64,000 nucleotides of DNA from Trichinella spiralis (lineage: Eukaryota), in contig NW_003526943.1 in assembly GCF_000181795.1 (NCBI RefSeq), forward strand, positions 9,966,849-10,030,848, written 5' to 3'. Below the pieces are notes generated by a model, which was not told where the DNA came from, searched no databases, and worked only from the letters and a program-made list of their open reading frames with translations. Made by a program: the position numbers and the translations under genes. Numbering within the stretch: position 1 is the first letter of the stretch; each line of letters starts with the position of its first letter. Positions 39,661 to 54,023 of the stretch are shown one piece after another.

Positions 39661-40095
39661 CTTTCATCAGTTCAACCTGAAACAGTTAACCAAATTAACC
39701 GATTCAAATTTCCCCCCATTGACATTATTCACACTGACAGTGCGCAATACAACTTTTTTTGCTATTGAAAAAAAAATTATCCCACAAAACCAAAGCACTA
39801 TCAAAATTCATGCCAATTAAAAATTAATACAAACGGATAAAATATTTTTAATTAAAAAAACACCATATAAATAATTCTGATCATCATCTTAACAATGCAA
39901 ATTAACTGAGCACATTTTTGACGTTTGTGTATTGGATGTCGAAACGTTTTTCACGCCCATTTGATTCACTACTAAAACCACTGGTGTGGAAAATAAAAAT
40001 AAAAATATTTTTCCTACTTAACAGCAGGAATTGCCTTCCTCCAAAAGCGTACATTATAAAAATTTGACAATTTACATAACATTATAATATATATA

Positions 40096-40228
40096 CAGGG
40101 GCGTTGATACGTCTAATTCATAAGGGGATGGATATAGTATCCAGAAGATCTATTTGGGACCCAGGGGATGGAAATGGTGAAAGTAGCATAAAATTTTTCC
40201 CAATGGACCCCCCTTATCAACGCTACTG
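40096..40228. mobile_element. 133-bp MITE with terminal inverted repeats, inserted in a (TA)n tract
   Basis: Left end CAGGGGCGTTGATA; reverse complement of the right end CAGTAGCGTTGATA (12/14 match). Flanks are TATATATA and TATATATT. Confidence 0.7.
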
Positions 40229-43200
40229 TATATATTGGATTTTTATCTTCAATAATTTTAATTTTTCTATTAATTGAAAGTTTGCTCAGTTATTAAATGA
40301 AAAGAATCAACATTCAAAAATGTTTAACAATAATAATGATAGCATGAACAAGAGGAAGAGTTTCAAATTGTGTACCTTTACCTGCAGATGGATTACAACA
40401 TCCCAACATATGAAAAGCTTATGAAGAAAGAACAAGAGAGAATAAGTAAGAGTGCAAAACAGAGAGAGAGAGAGTGTGTGTGGAGATGGAAATTGAAAAA
40501 ATTCCAAGAACATCATAGACGCGCCACTGAAACGTAAATAAAATCAACGAACTATATAAACCCTCTCTTCATGACACAAACCACCGCCCCAAATAAACAT
40601 AAATCAAAATTTAAAAAAAAAAAACAAAAACAACAAAGAAAAGAATGTAGTAGAATAAGCAAAATAATCGTAAATTATACTGATAAAAAAATAAGTAAAA
40701 AACTGCATGAAAATTGTTAGCATTGAACCTGAAAATTTGAATTATAATTTTTCTGCAAAAATAAATTAACATTAATTAATTATTGTTGTTGTTGCTCAAC
40801 GAAAGAAAGAAAAGCAAGAAAATATCAAAAGCAGTTTAGCTGAATTGAATTATTATTCAAAGTGACAAGAAAAATCACGTGCTCAGTTAGCATTTTATTT
40901 GAACATTGCATGTGATTTGCATTGTTCAAACGCAACAACAACAACAGTCACACGGTGAAGAAGATTCTTCAGCATGAAATGCAATCACCACAAATATCAC
41001 AGCTGATTATTCAAAATAGAAAAATTCACATCTCTTATAAACAGACAAACAGATATTCAATTTTTAAAAATGATATAATTAATTATTAAATCATTTTTTC
41101 ATTACTAGTGTAAAGAAATGAATTACGAAGATGAACAGAAATTAAATATATTCACAAGAGGAGAATTCCAATTATTCAGCTGCTGCAATTCTAGTTCCAA
41201 GTAGAATTATGAATGAATGAATGAATGCTTGTTTCTTTTAACGTAAGCAAAAATAGAATGATCGTTATAACATTGTTGAAATGAACATTAAAAAAATACA
41301 GAATATATATTAAAATTTCTGAATAAAAAATCATTAGCATTACATTAATGCTAATGATATTTTTCTTACTCAAGCAAGCAAACCGAAGAAGAAACAGAGA
41401 TTCAGTTGTTCAGTTGCCACTGATCAATTGTGAAATCCGTGCAAATTTCTCAGGCGACATTGATTTTTATACGCATCCAATAAAAAAACAATATATATAT
41501 AAACATGTATTCAACATGTATAAACAACAACAGCAGATAATTATTTAATTAATTAATTAATTAATCAGTGCTAGAAGTAAACAACAAGTCACAAGCTAGT
41601 TCAGGGGCGGTGCAAAAACAATAGAAAAAAAATTACAAAATAAAAAATTGAATTAAAGAAAGAAAAAACAAAGTGAAAATGTAGGCGAAAATGTAAATTT
41701 CGTCGAAACTGCTTTGCTTTCGAAATGATCAGTTGAAAATTATTTATTCATGCAACAGCCACCATCAGTCGACGTCACCAAGCCGTAAATAATACTACTT
41801 GCACTTCACAATAATAAGCAAGTAAGCTTTCAGCTGATCAACAATAAAAAAAAGAAAAAATAATAATACACAAAGAATAGGAATGAAAAAATGCCCCTAT
41901 TCTGCGAGATCACTTGATTCAAAAAGTTGAAAAATTTGTACTGACCAAATGTGAAATTTGAATTTTTTTTCAATCTAAATTTTTTTAGCAAAAAAATAAA
42001 GCAGCTTATTTATATTTTTTAAAAAAATTCAAACAAACAATATCGACTGACGACAAAATAAAACAAAACGCAGTTTTTTAATACATTATAATGATAATCA
42101 GGTAGAATTAATAATTGACTGCAACGTTGCATTTGGAAAAGAAAACGAAAACAAATGCGTAAAATTTGATATTCAACAAAGCAGAAAAGCTAACGATAGT
42201 GCAAATGATGATGCCCCAGTCAACTCTCATGCTCGTGCAAAATGGTCATTTCAATTCAATATTAATCGAATTATTAAAAAAATAAATAATTAAACAACAA
42301 GCAATACATATTTAAAAAAAAGAATTAACCATTCCACATCAACAACCTATATACATATAGAATGACGTCAAAGTTTCACATGATAATATCAGCCAACAAA
42401 TATAAATAAACCGGTGACAACGCAACCAACATTTTCAGCACGAAAGCTGCAGAGTTGAAAACTTGTGTTGAAAAGCATCGAAAAACACAAACTGTGCCGC
42501 TATATAATATAGTACAATATCTCTCGTTCGTTGACAATAATTGCACAACTTTCTACCATATCAACAGATTATCAAAAAAATTTTTTAAATAAACATGAAC
42601 ACAAGCACAAATTTAATATTCAAAATTGATTAGCAAGCTATTGCACATGTTGGGATGATGATGATAATACATATATTTGTGCATCATGGGAGAGGGAGAG
42701 AGAAATGAAATCAGCTAAATTACAGAAAGTTCACAGCTAGTAAAAAGCAACAAATATACACCATAAGAGAAGAAAAAGCTATGATAAATAACGTTGTAAT
42801 ATAAAAACAACAATTTCATTACTTACTTTTTTTATTTTTTTGTTAACTAACAAATTATAGCAGAAGAATGAATGAATGTTGGTTGTGGAAGAAGAGGAGA
42901 AAAAGCAAACGGCGTGTGAAACAACGCAAGTACGTAGAAAGAAATCAAATTCACCAAACCAATCAATTATCGAATGGAAAATAAATAATATTCAAATCAA
43001 AATTTGGGTTAATAATCGACGAGAGACAAATTATCAATCATTTTCGATGATCATAATCACTGACCAAAATATAAATGCATATGTATATGTACATGTATAA
43101 AATTCATTATTATAAAAAAATTATCTTCTGACTTGTTGTCAAACAATTTCAAATGAAATTTCATATTTGCATAATTTCACATAAAAACAGCTTATAAACA

Positions 43201-46200
43201 ACTATTACATGATTAATGCAATAAATACGTGATTAATACAATTAATAAACGATGATCCAATAATGCTTGTTAAAAAAAATAGCAAAAGCAAAACCAAACA
43301 ACTTCCAAAAGTTCTCAAACATTATCATAATTATATGCAAGAACAAGTGGAGTGAAAAAAATTTTTTTAATGCTATATTGAATAATTGCATTTCGGTTTC
43401 GTAAATTCTTTGCTTTTTTAAATTTACAATAAAACTGATAAAATAAATATCAAACAAAAATTTTTCATTCAATAAAACAAAAACAAATACCTTTGCAAAA
43501 AGCATCTGCAAAAAATTCAATATATCAATTCAAAAAATATTGTTCTGCATAATCATACTTCCGTACATACGTACATGAGTAACATGATGCTCAGAAAATG
43601 AAAACTCGTAAACATTTTAATTTTAACTCGGTTGTGTCGTTGAAGCTTTACGTCATCGACGCGCAAGATGGAAGAGAAAATAAGCAGCGCATAATAATTT
43701 AAGTGAAAATCTCATACCACACCACAATAGTGAAAAGCTGAAATAAACAAACTGAAAACGCTAGTCCTACTGTGCAATAAGCTTTGCAAAAAAACTCATC
43801 TGATTTTATAAATTCATACGATAAAATTATTTTCAATCACTTTTCAAATTGCAACAAAATATATCCAGAGCATTACGAAGCAATCAATATAACATACAAA
43901 TCAATGATCGCTAATTCAAATCAGCACAAATATAAGCGTAAACAAATGATTGAATTTTCTACTTGTGTTCTTGTTCATAAATTGATAAATTTCCAATCAC
44001 TTTAATTCAATTTATTATATTTTCATAAAAATCTCAAACAATTTTCCAGCAGACAACTGCATTTTTTTAAATTCAATCGTTGCAATACTAGTACTACTAC
44101 TACTACTACTATTGCTGCTGCTAATAATAATAATACGTTAACAAACGCTACTGATTAGGTTGCATATTTGTAAACAAAATTCAAACCGATTTAAAAGCTG
44201 TTCTTTTTTTACTTCATTCAAAAATTTGAATTCACAATTTGAAATCTAATTCATTAACTTACAAATTTACTATGTTTACTACTACTGATCAAAACAACAA
44301 CTGACAACAAAGCAACTGTACAACTGGTCCTCTGCTTGCAATACAGAAAGCGAAATTTGATGTTCAGTTTCAAAAACAACACTTCATTCTTTCAAATGAA
44401 TATAAGAAGCTGGCTGAACTGAGATTTCATGAAACTTGAACATCAATTGCGTCATTTCCATTCAATTGCTATTATTGACAATAATCGCATCTCACAAACG
44501 ATTCTCAAAAAACAAAAAAATAAAAAGCTTCAACAACAAGATCTGATCAATTTGCTTCGACAACCAATGATGAAAAATGATGGATAACATGAATCTGCCA
44601 CATACTAAGCGTGTCCATCACAAGCAAAATTGGCTACATAAACTGAAAATTATATGTAAAAACATTTGATGATGCTTAAACAATTTCAATTTCCTTCAAA
44701 TCATTCTCAATAAAATCTAGTCTCTTCAACAACATCTACTACCCACATACAAGTGTTGTATGAACAAACTATGAACTGATATTTTTTTTCTGTTGCTATT
44801 ATTAAAATATCCTACTATTCATTAAAAACGTTCAACTTTAAGCTAACGAAATATTGCACATGTTAACCTTGTACAATATTATGACTGTCCTATTCGTTAC
44901 ATACATATATTTCAAATTATTTTAAACGCACGCATCATTGACAAACATTTATACAACAATTTGTCGACACATAACCTACAGCAAACGTTAGAAAGAACTT
45001 CCATACATCAAAGAATGCTAATGACCTATTCACATCCAGTTTCTTTACAATTTACATTGCAGACCGGCGTTTCAAATGTTCCATGCAAAATATAAATATA
45101 ATAAATTACAGATTATCGACAAAAAATTTCATTACATCGACAAAACAACTAAAATTAGAGATTTCAAATTATCGTTTCGAGCCAACTGCTGACATTTTCC
45201 CAAATCGCTGAATGGACCTATCCAACTGACAACAGTCAAGCATTAATAATAAGTTTTATTTTTAAAAATAATAATAAATAAAGCAAAATCTGCAGTATCA
45301 TATGAAATCATAAACAATGCAGTTGAAAAGCAAGAATACAAACCTGAATTCAGCTGTTCAGTCAACTATATTTAGACAAGTAAACACTATTAACACTTAT
45401 ATGAACATATGACAAGATGAAAAATCAGTTTAATGTGCTCTTTGAACACTCAACGACTCGTTTTGCAAATACTTTTCTTTCCAATGCAATGTCTGAACAT
45501 ATCTAGAAAGCAGCGCTATCTAATAAATATGGCACGAATGATGGCAAATATCACAACTGCCTTATTTGGGTCAAATCGGATAAAACAAATTAAAACAAAT
45601 CCATGTACAGTTTAAAAATAATCAAGTATTATATGCAATACATTACTTGAAAATCAGCTGCAGATGCATACTTCAAATGTTCATCCATTGTAATGACTTT
45701 TTTATCTTAAAGGAAAAATGCATTTCAATAATACATATTTTATTTTGTGCGAAACTGGCTTTACGCAAGCAATTTAAAATTATGACAAACTGATCACTTT
45801 TTTCATTACTAAACTAATCATACACTACAGTTTTGGTGAATTTTATCAAGTAATAGAAATTTCTTCGTGTTATTTTTAACCTAACAACTGCAAAACACTT
45901 TTGAGCAAATAATCAATTTGAGTGAATTATAAAAGATGCTCGTTTTGTAATTCTTTCTTGCTTGTTTTCTGTGATATGTACTTATATTTTCTATGAAATA
46001 TATATTTAATTTTACTGAAGTTGACATAATGACAGAAAAAATTAATTTCAACTACAGATAAAAATTAAAATCCTGCTATTTAAATTAAAATCATTTTATG
46101 AATAATAAATGCCATTGAACATGCATTTATGACAAATTACTTAAACAATAAATCATACACTGATAACATAAAAAGATAAAGCAAAGCACATTTATTATGC

Positions 46201-46549
46201 GTATTTTCCAAGATGAAAGTTGAAATTTTAAAAGTTGAATTTTCTGCACATAAAATGAAATTGAAAATAAAAGTGAACAAATTTTTGTGCATTTCTTCAT
46301 CATGAAAATGTATTATGAAAAAGAAGTTTGAGTTTTTTGTAAATTTGCAAATAAAAAATTTCGTGACGTGTAAATTTTTGACATAAGGAAATTTTATCAA
46401 AAAGTACTCATTTCTTAATATAAATCAGAACAAAGTAAAAATGTTTCACATTTATTTAAATGCAAATATTCGAACAAGTTGCAAACAACAAGGCACAGTG
46501 AGCAATATTCTGAATCTAATTAAAACAATGGACTGTATTTCCCGAACAA

Positions 46550-48330
46550 AAGCAGCAGTTCTGAACTGGGGATTCTGGACATTCCACGTGAATGGTCCAT
46601 ATCCACCGTACATAAAAGTGCCACAGTCAGCAGGATGCCGGAGCTGCTGATTAGGGACCGTGGGATGGAATTTTCACCGACTCTTTTAACATCAACGTCG
46701 AAACGGACAACTCTTGAGCAACCACCAACCAGCGATTCTTGTAATGCTTCACAACTGCTCGGCGTTCCATCAGACAAATTCCAACAACTCTCGCGTCATT
46801 CAGCTCTCCAACTGCTTGCGGATTAAACCTTACATCCTGTTTAATGTGTACTCGTTTCTATTACTTCTTCAACTAGTACTTCTTCGTACTTTCTTCAACT
46901 AGTCCATGGCGATTCATCTCTGTTTCGTCGTGTTTGAGTGCATTTATGCAAGAATGGCAAAATTAATTGCAATTTACCATTGCTTCTGTTCAACTGCATT
47001 CGTTGAAGAGTAACATAGACAGGTTAATGTACATGTTCTTTATTTAAGTGAAGCAGCTGCTTCATTCTATGAATAGAACTTGTATTTGGATGTGGGCTTT
47101 TCTAATGAGCTAAAATGGCACATGAAATGGCCTGGTGCGACCGTGATGACACAAGTAATCCAGTAGTAATGAACTCATTTCATTCATGATTTCAGGATTT
47201 TTCTTGTGAATATATAAATCGAGTATATATCATTCATCCAATTTCGTTACGTAGTCCCATTTTATGGGTAAATGGGATATACTCAGCCTGCAGTACAGAC
47301 TATTTTTAAGTCTTTCTACCACACAACCAAAAAGCACCGCATTAAGAAAAATGCAAAAGCTGCTAAGAGTTCACTGTCTGTTCATTAACAACTCTACTGC
47401 AGTCAACAGAACATTTTCATGGTTAAACTGGATCTTTGTCAAGCGCACACTATAAAGCGGCTCACTCAGGTCAAATTAGCGCTATAGCACCAACGTAAAA
47501 GAACAGAAGTAGACAGCCATTAGGTCTGCGATAATCGGCATCAAGAACCCATTTCCCACTAGGAACACAATGACAAAACCTGACACTGCTGAGAGGATTT
47601 AAAAAAATTCTTCTTCACCAAAACGAACCGCGTTTTGCTGTTCATCACCTACATCATGCATCATCGGCATCAACAAACGCAATGCAAAAAGTGCTCAACG
47701 CAACTCCTATTTATATACATGAGCATAGAAATTTATAGAAACTTTTAGAAACTAAAATTACTTGATTGTATTAATACTGTAGCGTTATTTTATACTTTTA
47801 AAAGAAATAATATTATACGCAAAATGCTTTTCACACTTATAATGTTCAGAAATAAACGTGATTTCTAGTTGTTCAGCTTCTTTTTTATTTTAATAAAAAG
47901 TGATACGATCAAATTATTACTGTTGCGAACATACACGTCACTGAGAGTAGACCGTATTCTGACTCTCAGGAGCAATGGGCAGCATTTCGGACTTTTTCAA
48001 TTCTAAACCTGACCATCACTATGATGTACATATCAGCAACACCAGAACTCGACCGATGGTAGAACTCCAGCCGTCATGTTGTTTTCTAGCTCAATCATCG
48101 AGTGCTTGAACAGAGGAGACTTAGGCGGTTTCTGATTTAGCTTCAACAACTGGTTGGGATTGTCATATCTTGCCCATTCTTTCTTTGTCCTCCCTTTTAT
48201 TATTGGCTGTTCACGGATAGGCTGTTCTCAGTTGAACGATAATTGGTGAATGAATTGTGCAATATGATTAGCCATTTAGGTTGGATCTGTGGTTGTCTAT
48301 CAAAATTTGATCTTTGACCTCGTTGAGTAA
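46550..48330. mobile_element. Patch of GC-richer, probably transposon-derived debris, including a possible retroviral-type integrase fragment
   Basis: The + strand gives WTFHVNGPYP and PELLIRDRGMEFS (46575-46680), reminiscent of the integrase core (H.D..GP; P..I.SD.G.EF). Frames are short and broken, and the composition differs from the flanks. The family cannot be assigned. Confidence 0.35.
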
Positions 48331-49818
48331 ATTAATTTACGACGTTGTTCAAATTGTAATGATATTCTACATTAGTTTGGTTATAATATTTAATATTTTC
48401 TTTAATTTTTTACTTTCTTGTAAGGGTGGAAACGTCTTTAAAAGTTGTGCTTATAAAATGCTTCATAGTTTGACATTTGACTGATTGCTGAATATTATAA
48501 TTTCATGTTATAAATTGCTTTTCTTATTTAATTTCTTCAAATTTATCTTGATCAACAAATAATATGTTTTTTCGTGATTTAATGTTAATACTGGTTTAAT
48601 ATGTTTACTCCTTGAAAATAGCATTTTTCAGCAAAGTGCCGCCATCAACAAAAAAAGATCTTTTTTCGTTTTCTTAAAATTAAAATTTAAAACAAGCAAA
48701 ACAGTCGTTTTGCACTTTCCCAGAAAAATCTACATTGTTTGGCAATCAATCGTTGGGTAAGTGCACAAATCTTCGTCCTACAAGCAACAGAGAGGAAGCT
48801 CAATTGCACATTCGTTGTTCTTCCAACACAAATCATCAAACTTTTCCACCATTGAATAATTTATTCATAAGGCGATTTTAATACAAAGCGAAGATGAGCA
48901 AACATAAACTCGTCCAACATTGCAGTTGTCCAGCTAAAAGCGAATAATGACAACAGTGCCAGCAGCTTAGATCAAACAAATATAAAATTTTTCATAAATA
49001 TAATTTCTTCAATTTTTAGAACATTTATCATGCATATTATGTAATATGTTATTATAATTTCTAAAAATATGATGAGAATGAGTGGAATGCAACAACCGCT
49101 AAACAGGGAAAAGCCAGAAAGAAGAACAACAAAAGCAAGACAACGCAAAGTAGGTATAATTTGAAAATAGAGATAAAAACTGACCAATTAGATTGTTCAT
49201 CAGGCCGACGTATTAGCTGAAGGATTCGTTTTTGCCTAGTTTCAAATAGAAACAGAAAATCCAAAAAAATGCTGTTAAAATTAAAAACAAAATATAATAT
49301 TATTAGACGTGTATAATTTTCGTTCAAGTTCAAAGTTTCAAAGTATTTTATTTTGCTTCATCTATTCAACTTGCTTTATTTAATACTGTAGAAAAGCGAA
49401 AAATGCCGGTAGTCATTAGTAAAATTTTTTTGAATTTTTGTATTAAACTTTAAAAAAAATACAATTTAAAATAAACATATCTAAGTTAGTGAATATAAAT
49501 TATTGAAAATTATGATTTGGTGATTTATTATTTGTTTGATAACAATGATAGTTATGTTCTTGTATTACAGTAATTTTTTTATCATAATTTCTCTTATTTT
49601 TTAGGTGAAGAACTTTTATTTAGCTTGACATTTAATGCAGTTGACATCAATTTGAGTTTATTGTAACTAATGTGATTGATGTAATTTTTCTTTTACACGC
49701 ACATTTTAATTAAATCATTGAAACTTAATTCTACAATTTCAGATAGCCGCAGTTGTCCAGTAAATTTTCTACTTGCACACAGTTCAGAGATTAATCATTG
49801 TAAAAAAGTTTATCTTCG

Positions 49819-52800
49819 ATGGATCTTTCAGTAAAGCAGTTCATCCAGCGAGAAGTGTTTGAAGAAATTGACGAGCGAATAATCACTTTCATCAGTGTAT
49901 TTAGCTCGTCAAAGAAGAAGAAGCGGTCTTTTCTTTGTGTCACCAGTAAGCTGTTTGAATGTTTAATAATAAATTGCATTTGTTCATTTTGTTTCAGTTT
50001 CTTATTTTCATCCCGTCACTCTTCGTTTACACGAACTACGTATGAGTGACAAGGGAAAACAGTTGACCATGCTCCACTCGTGGCTTTTTAAGGAAATCAA
50101 GTTAATCGACGGTATCAACCCCAGAAAAGTATCTTTCTTATTCATTTTGACATGATGCTTGTTTTGTTTGAAAATAATTTCAATTTAGAGTATTCCAGAG
50201 CTAGAAATAACAACTGATAAAACTTATCGGTGGGAAATTTGTAATGTCAATGAAAAAGAAAGTTTTATCCGTCAAATGTGGAAAGTATGCAATGGAAGCG
50301 AAATATTCTTGCATTGCGTATCAGTGTTTCTATTTTTTAAGGTGTGCCATCGGCATTTAGCTTCACATAAACCAGAATTTGTAAACATTTCAATTCCCGT
50401 AGAAGAGATGGGTAAAAAAGAACATATGTTATTATATTAGTAATGGTTTGAATGTGCATAATTCATACTGCTTTATTTTTTCTCAGCAACGTCATAATTT
50501 ACTGTATAATTTTTTTAATATGTGAAATTATGACTGTTTTTTTGTTGATAATACAGTAGAAGCTGATATTTCAATATTAACTTTTGTAATTTAAATAACT
50601 GTTATATACCTATTAAAGGATTTGCAGAATATTTTAATTATATAAATGAATAATTAATCGAGAGTATGAATTTAAGGCTATACAATGGCTTTTTTCGATT
50701 GTTTTTAATTTTAATTACTGTAAATATTATTAATAATTGTAAAAAATTATTCAGAATGTCGTATAAGTCAAGAATCAGAATCTTTTGCTGGTACGACTTC
50801 AAATTTGGACAACAAAGAAGAGTTTCATACAATTTCACCATTGGAAGAAAATGATTTTAAAAATCTTCTCAGCAAGTACAATATGAGCATTGCTGATGCG
50901 CAGAGTTTTTCTGATAAATTGCATCAACAGCTGTCCATCTTAGACAAAGCAAGCATTTCTTATTCTAGATATTTTATTATCGCAATTTAAAGATGGAAAA
51001 TTTATTTTTCAGACTAACATGCAAGCGATTGTTGGCAGTGAGAGACAAATTGCCGAATTGTTGAATCAACTTGATCTTTTATTGAGTGATTCAATAAAAA
51101 TTGAAGAAACACTGGACACTTATGACCGGCTTTTAGCGGTATGTTTAGTTAAATATAATTTGATTTATAATTTTCTGAATTAATTTGCAGCATGTCCAAC
51201 AAGGTGTGGAAATGATGGAAGAAAAAGATATGCTTTTTAACGTTTATTCAACGAATCGTATACGCTTGATGGATGAGTTGACAAATTTTTTGGTTGGACA
51301 AGCTTATTTGAATTCAAAATTTTTCATTTTACATTATTAGTTAATTAATGAATTGTAGACGTGCTTGGATTTGAGCAATGCAGATTTTTCTGTACTCAGT
51401 GCTTGTAATCTTTCGGATCCTAAGAAAATTTTGGAATGCACACGCGCCGCGATGAACCTGCAGAAGTGCATTGATGCCGTCGTGAGTCCAGGTGGAATAT
51501 TACAATTTTTACAGTATTACCATTGTTTGTGAAATTTTATTGCAGGGATGGAGCAGATGGTTGCTTATCAAGAACAAATGCAACTTTTTACTCAACTACA
51601 AGAGAAATTCTCCGAACATTTTGTAGCTCATTTGACGGGCGTTTTTCGCGCCGTTGTATATGCTTCATCATTTTGCATTGTTGTTTCGTTTTTTTAGTAG
51701 AATTCATTTTAAGGTGAATGAAGCTAAAAGTTTTCAAGATGAATTGACAATGCCAAAACACGATGTCACTTATGGTCTTTTGAAGCCATTTTCAGAGCTG
51801 ATTCTTTGGCTAAAAACATCCGTTCCAAGAGGCTATTTTATCATTCTAAAAGTGCGCTTACTGTAAATTCACTATTTTGCATTATTACAGTTGAATAATG
51901 TTCTGTTTTTTGTTTTCTAATTTAGCGATATGCAGATGTGAGGAGGGAAGTGAATCGTACAGAAATGGGAAAATTTGTTTCCGATTTGCAAGTGCGGATG
52001 TCGAAAATTTTCTGTTCCCAAAGCAACACTCGTAAATTTTCCATCATGAATTATGTTTAAGATAAAATATATATATTTATTTAAATATCCGTTCAGCTAG
52101 TTCAGTTCAATCGACTGATTTGTTGAAAATGTTGAAGTCATATTCGTCGGTGAGCAGCACATTTCACGAAACGTTTCCAATATTCAGTATAAGCGCCAAG
52201 GAAAAGCAGGAAATGAACGAGGTAATTTTGATCGATAATTAACCAATTTTTTTTTTGAAATTTGGTTTTCTATTTATGAAAATATTTCAGGTTATAACGT
52301 TGGCGTTTAGCCGTATTGAAGAGGAAATTGCGATTGAAGAAAAATTTTGCTGTTGGTTTTTTCACATCAGCGGTCCTCACACTCTGCGGCCTAAGCACGT
52401 AAAAATGATATTCTTTTTTGCTTTCCATTTTTCACATTTCAATTAATCACCTATTGTTACTGCAGGTTGCCGAATTTCAACAGAACGAACAATATTTCCA
52501 AGGGTTATTATGAAAATTATTATTATTATTTTATCAGTTGTTAATTTGTTCGAAATTTCAGCTTCGATCCAAACGATTTGATCAGATCACTTTTGAGCAA
52601 AATATACAGCTCTGTGGATGAACTGTTTCAAAGTTTTTTAGATTATTTTGAAAGCAAAAATCCTTTGTGAGTGGAGGAAAAATATATTATTCATCCATTT
52701 TTTTAAAATTGATCACGGGTATATTTATTGTTCTCTTAGGTTGACAGTTTACCTTCTAAGTGCTTTAACGGATCGTGCGTTGAGCAATGAGAACGGTTCA

Positions 52801-53888
52801 TACGCTGCCAGTGTTACTGGAAAAATTATTGTCCATTTGAAAAGACGATTTGATTCTTTCATGGTTTTTTATTTTTTAAATGCATTTTAAAAAATTTATC
52901 ATGCATATATATATATACATTGTAGAAGGTGAATTCGAAATCATTTTGCATTTCCAAATCAACAAAGAAAATCAAATATGGAATTTTGCCGGCACTAACA
53001 AAATTTCTTGTACTACATCAATTTTATAAATATCTGTTTTGGTTTTATTTGTAATTTCATTTTTATTTTATTTTTAAGTTATTTGCTCAAGAAATTGAAT
53101 TAGCATATGAAAATAGAGAACGTCGAAGTGATGTGGATCGATGGTATCCGAATTTTGTCAACTCACTTTGGGATGGAATTGAAGTGGCTGCAACAGATCC
53201 GAATGGCAAATCTCCTGCGTCGATTGTTCGAATGGAAAATTATCACGTTCTGCATTGTAAGCTGATTTGCTTCTTCTTCTTCTTCTTTTATGCTCTTGTT
53301 CATTGTGGTGGTGGATCTTGCTGTTTTGTTTTGCTTTTCAGCAATTTTGTCACAGTTGAAAATTGCATGCTTGATTTCTATGCGCAAAGAAACGAAAGAA
53401 AAATATTTCGCAGCAATGAATGCTTACGTCAAAGAAATCATGGGAAAACCTTTCGAAAAGTTGCAAGTAAGTTTGTTGAGTTGCAGTTGCGATTGCAGTT
53501 TTTTCTTGCAATATTGCCTATTGAAATGATTTGACTGTAGATATTTTTTGACAATGTTTCTCGATTCATCGATCAAGGTATGAAAGCTGAAGATATAAGC
53601 TATCAGCAAGCGTTCAACAGGCAAGAGTTGAGACGCATTGTTGGCTTCTATCCGCTCAGCGAAGTTCGCAGAGGAATCGAACAATTGTACGACACCACAG
53701 AACAGCATCTTTCCGACGAAAAGCATCTGTTGCAAGTTATATGGAGAAATGTGCAAAATGAATTTATTCGACAATACAAAAAATATGAGCATCTGATCAA
53801 TACATGCTATCCGAATTCCAATATACAGATGGAATTCAGTTTGGATGATTTGTTGTCGTGCTTGAGCGAAATTGCTCGACAGCATTAA
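49819..53888 (+). CDS. EXOC1: Exocyst complex component 1 (Sec3), multi-exon
   Basis: MDLSVKQFIQREVFEEIDERI...KKKKRSFLCVT, W.FKEIKLIDG, YRWEICNVNEKESFIRQMWK, AQSFSDKLHQQLSILDKTNMQAIVGSE, H...YGLLKPFSELILWLK, KYGILP, IVRMENYH, ISYQQAFNRQELRRIV, HLLQVIWRNVQNEFIRQY...LINTCYP. Confidence 0.93.
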
Positions 53889-54023
53889 TTGCATTACTTT
53901 TTTATAAAGTAAATTTGTATGATTTATGCAACTGATTTTGTTTTTATAATTGCAAATTCAAAGCAGGCCTGGTGATGGATGGGGTGTGCGTAGTGCATGC
54001 GAAATTGTTAAGTTGGATCCAAT

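Noticed and set aside
50129..50188. Sec3 intron starting GTATCTTT, a possible U12-type intron
   Set aside because: It deviates from GTATCCTT and has no TCCTTAAC branch site, so it is most likely U2-type.
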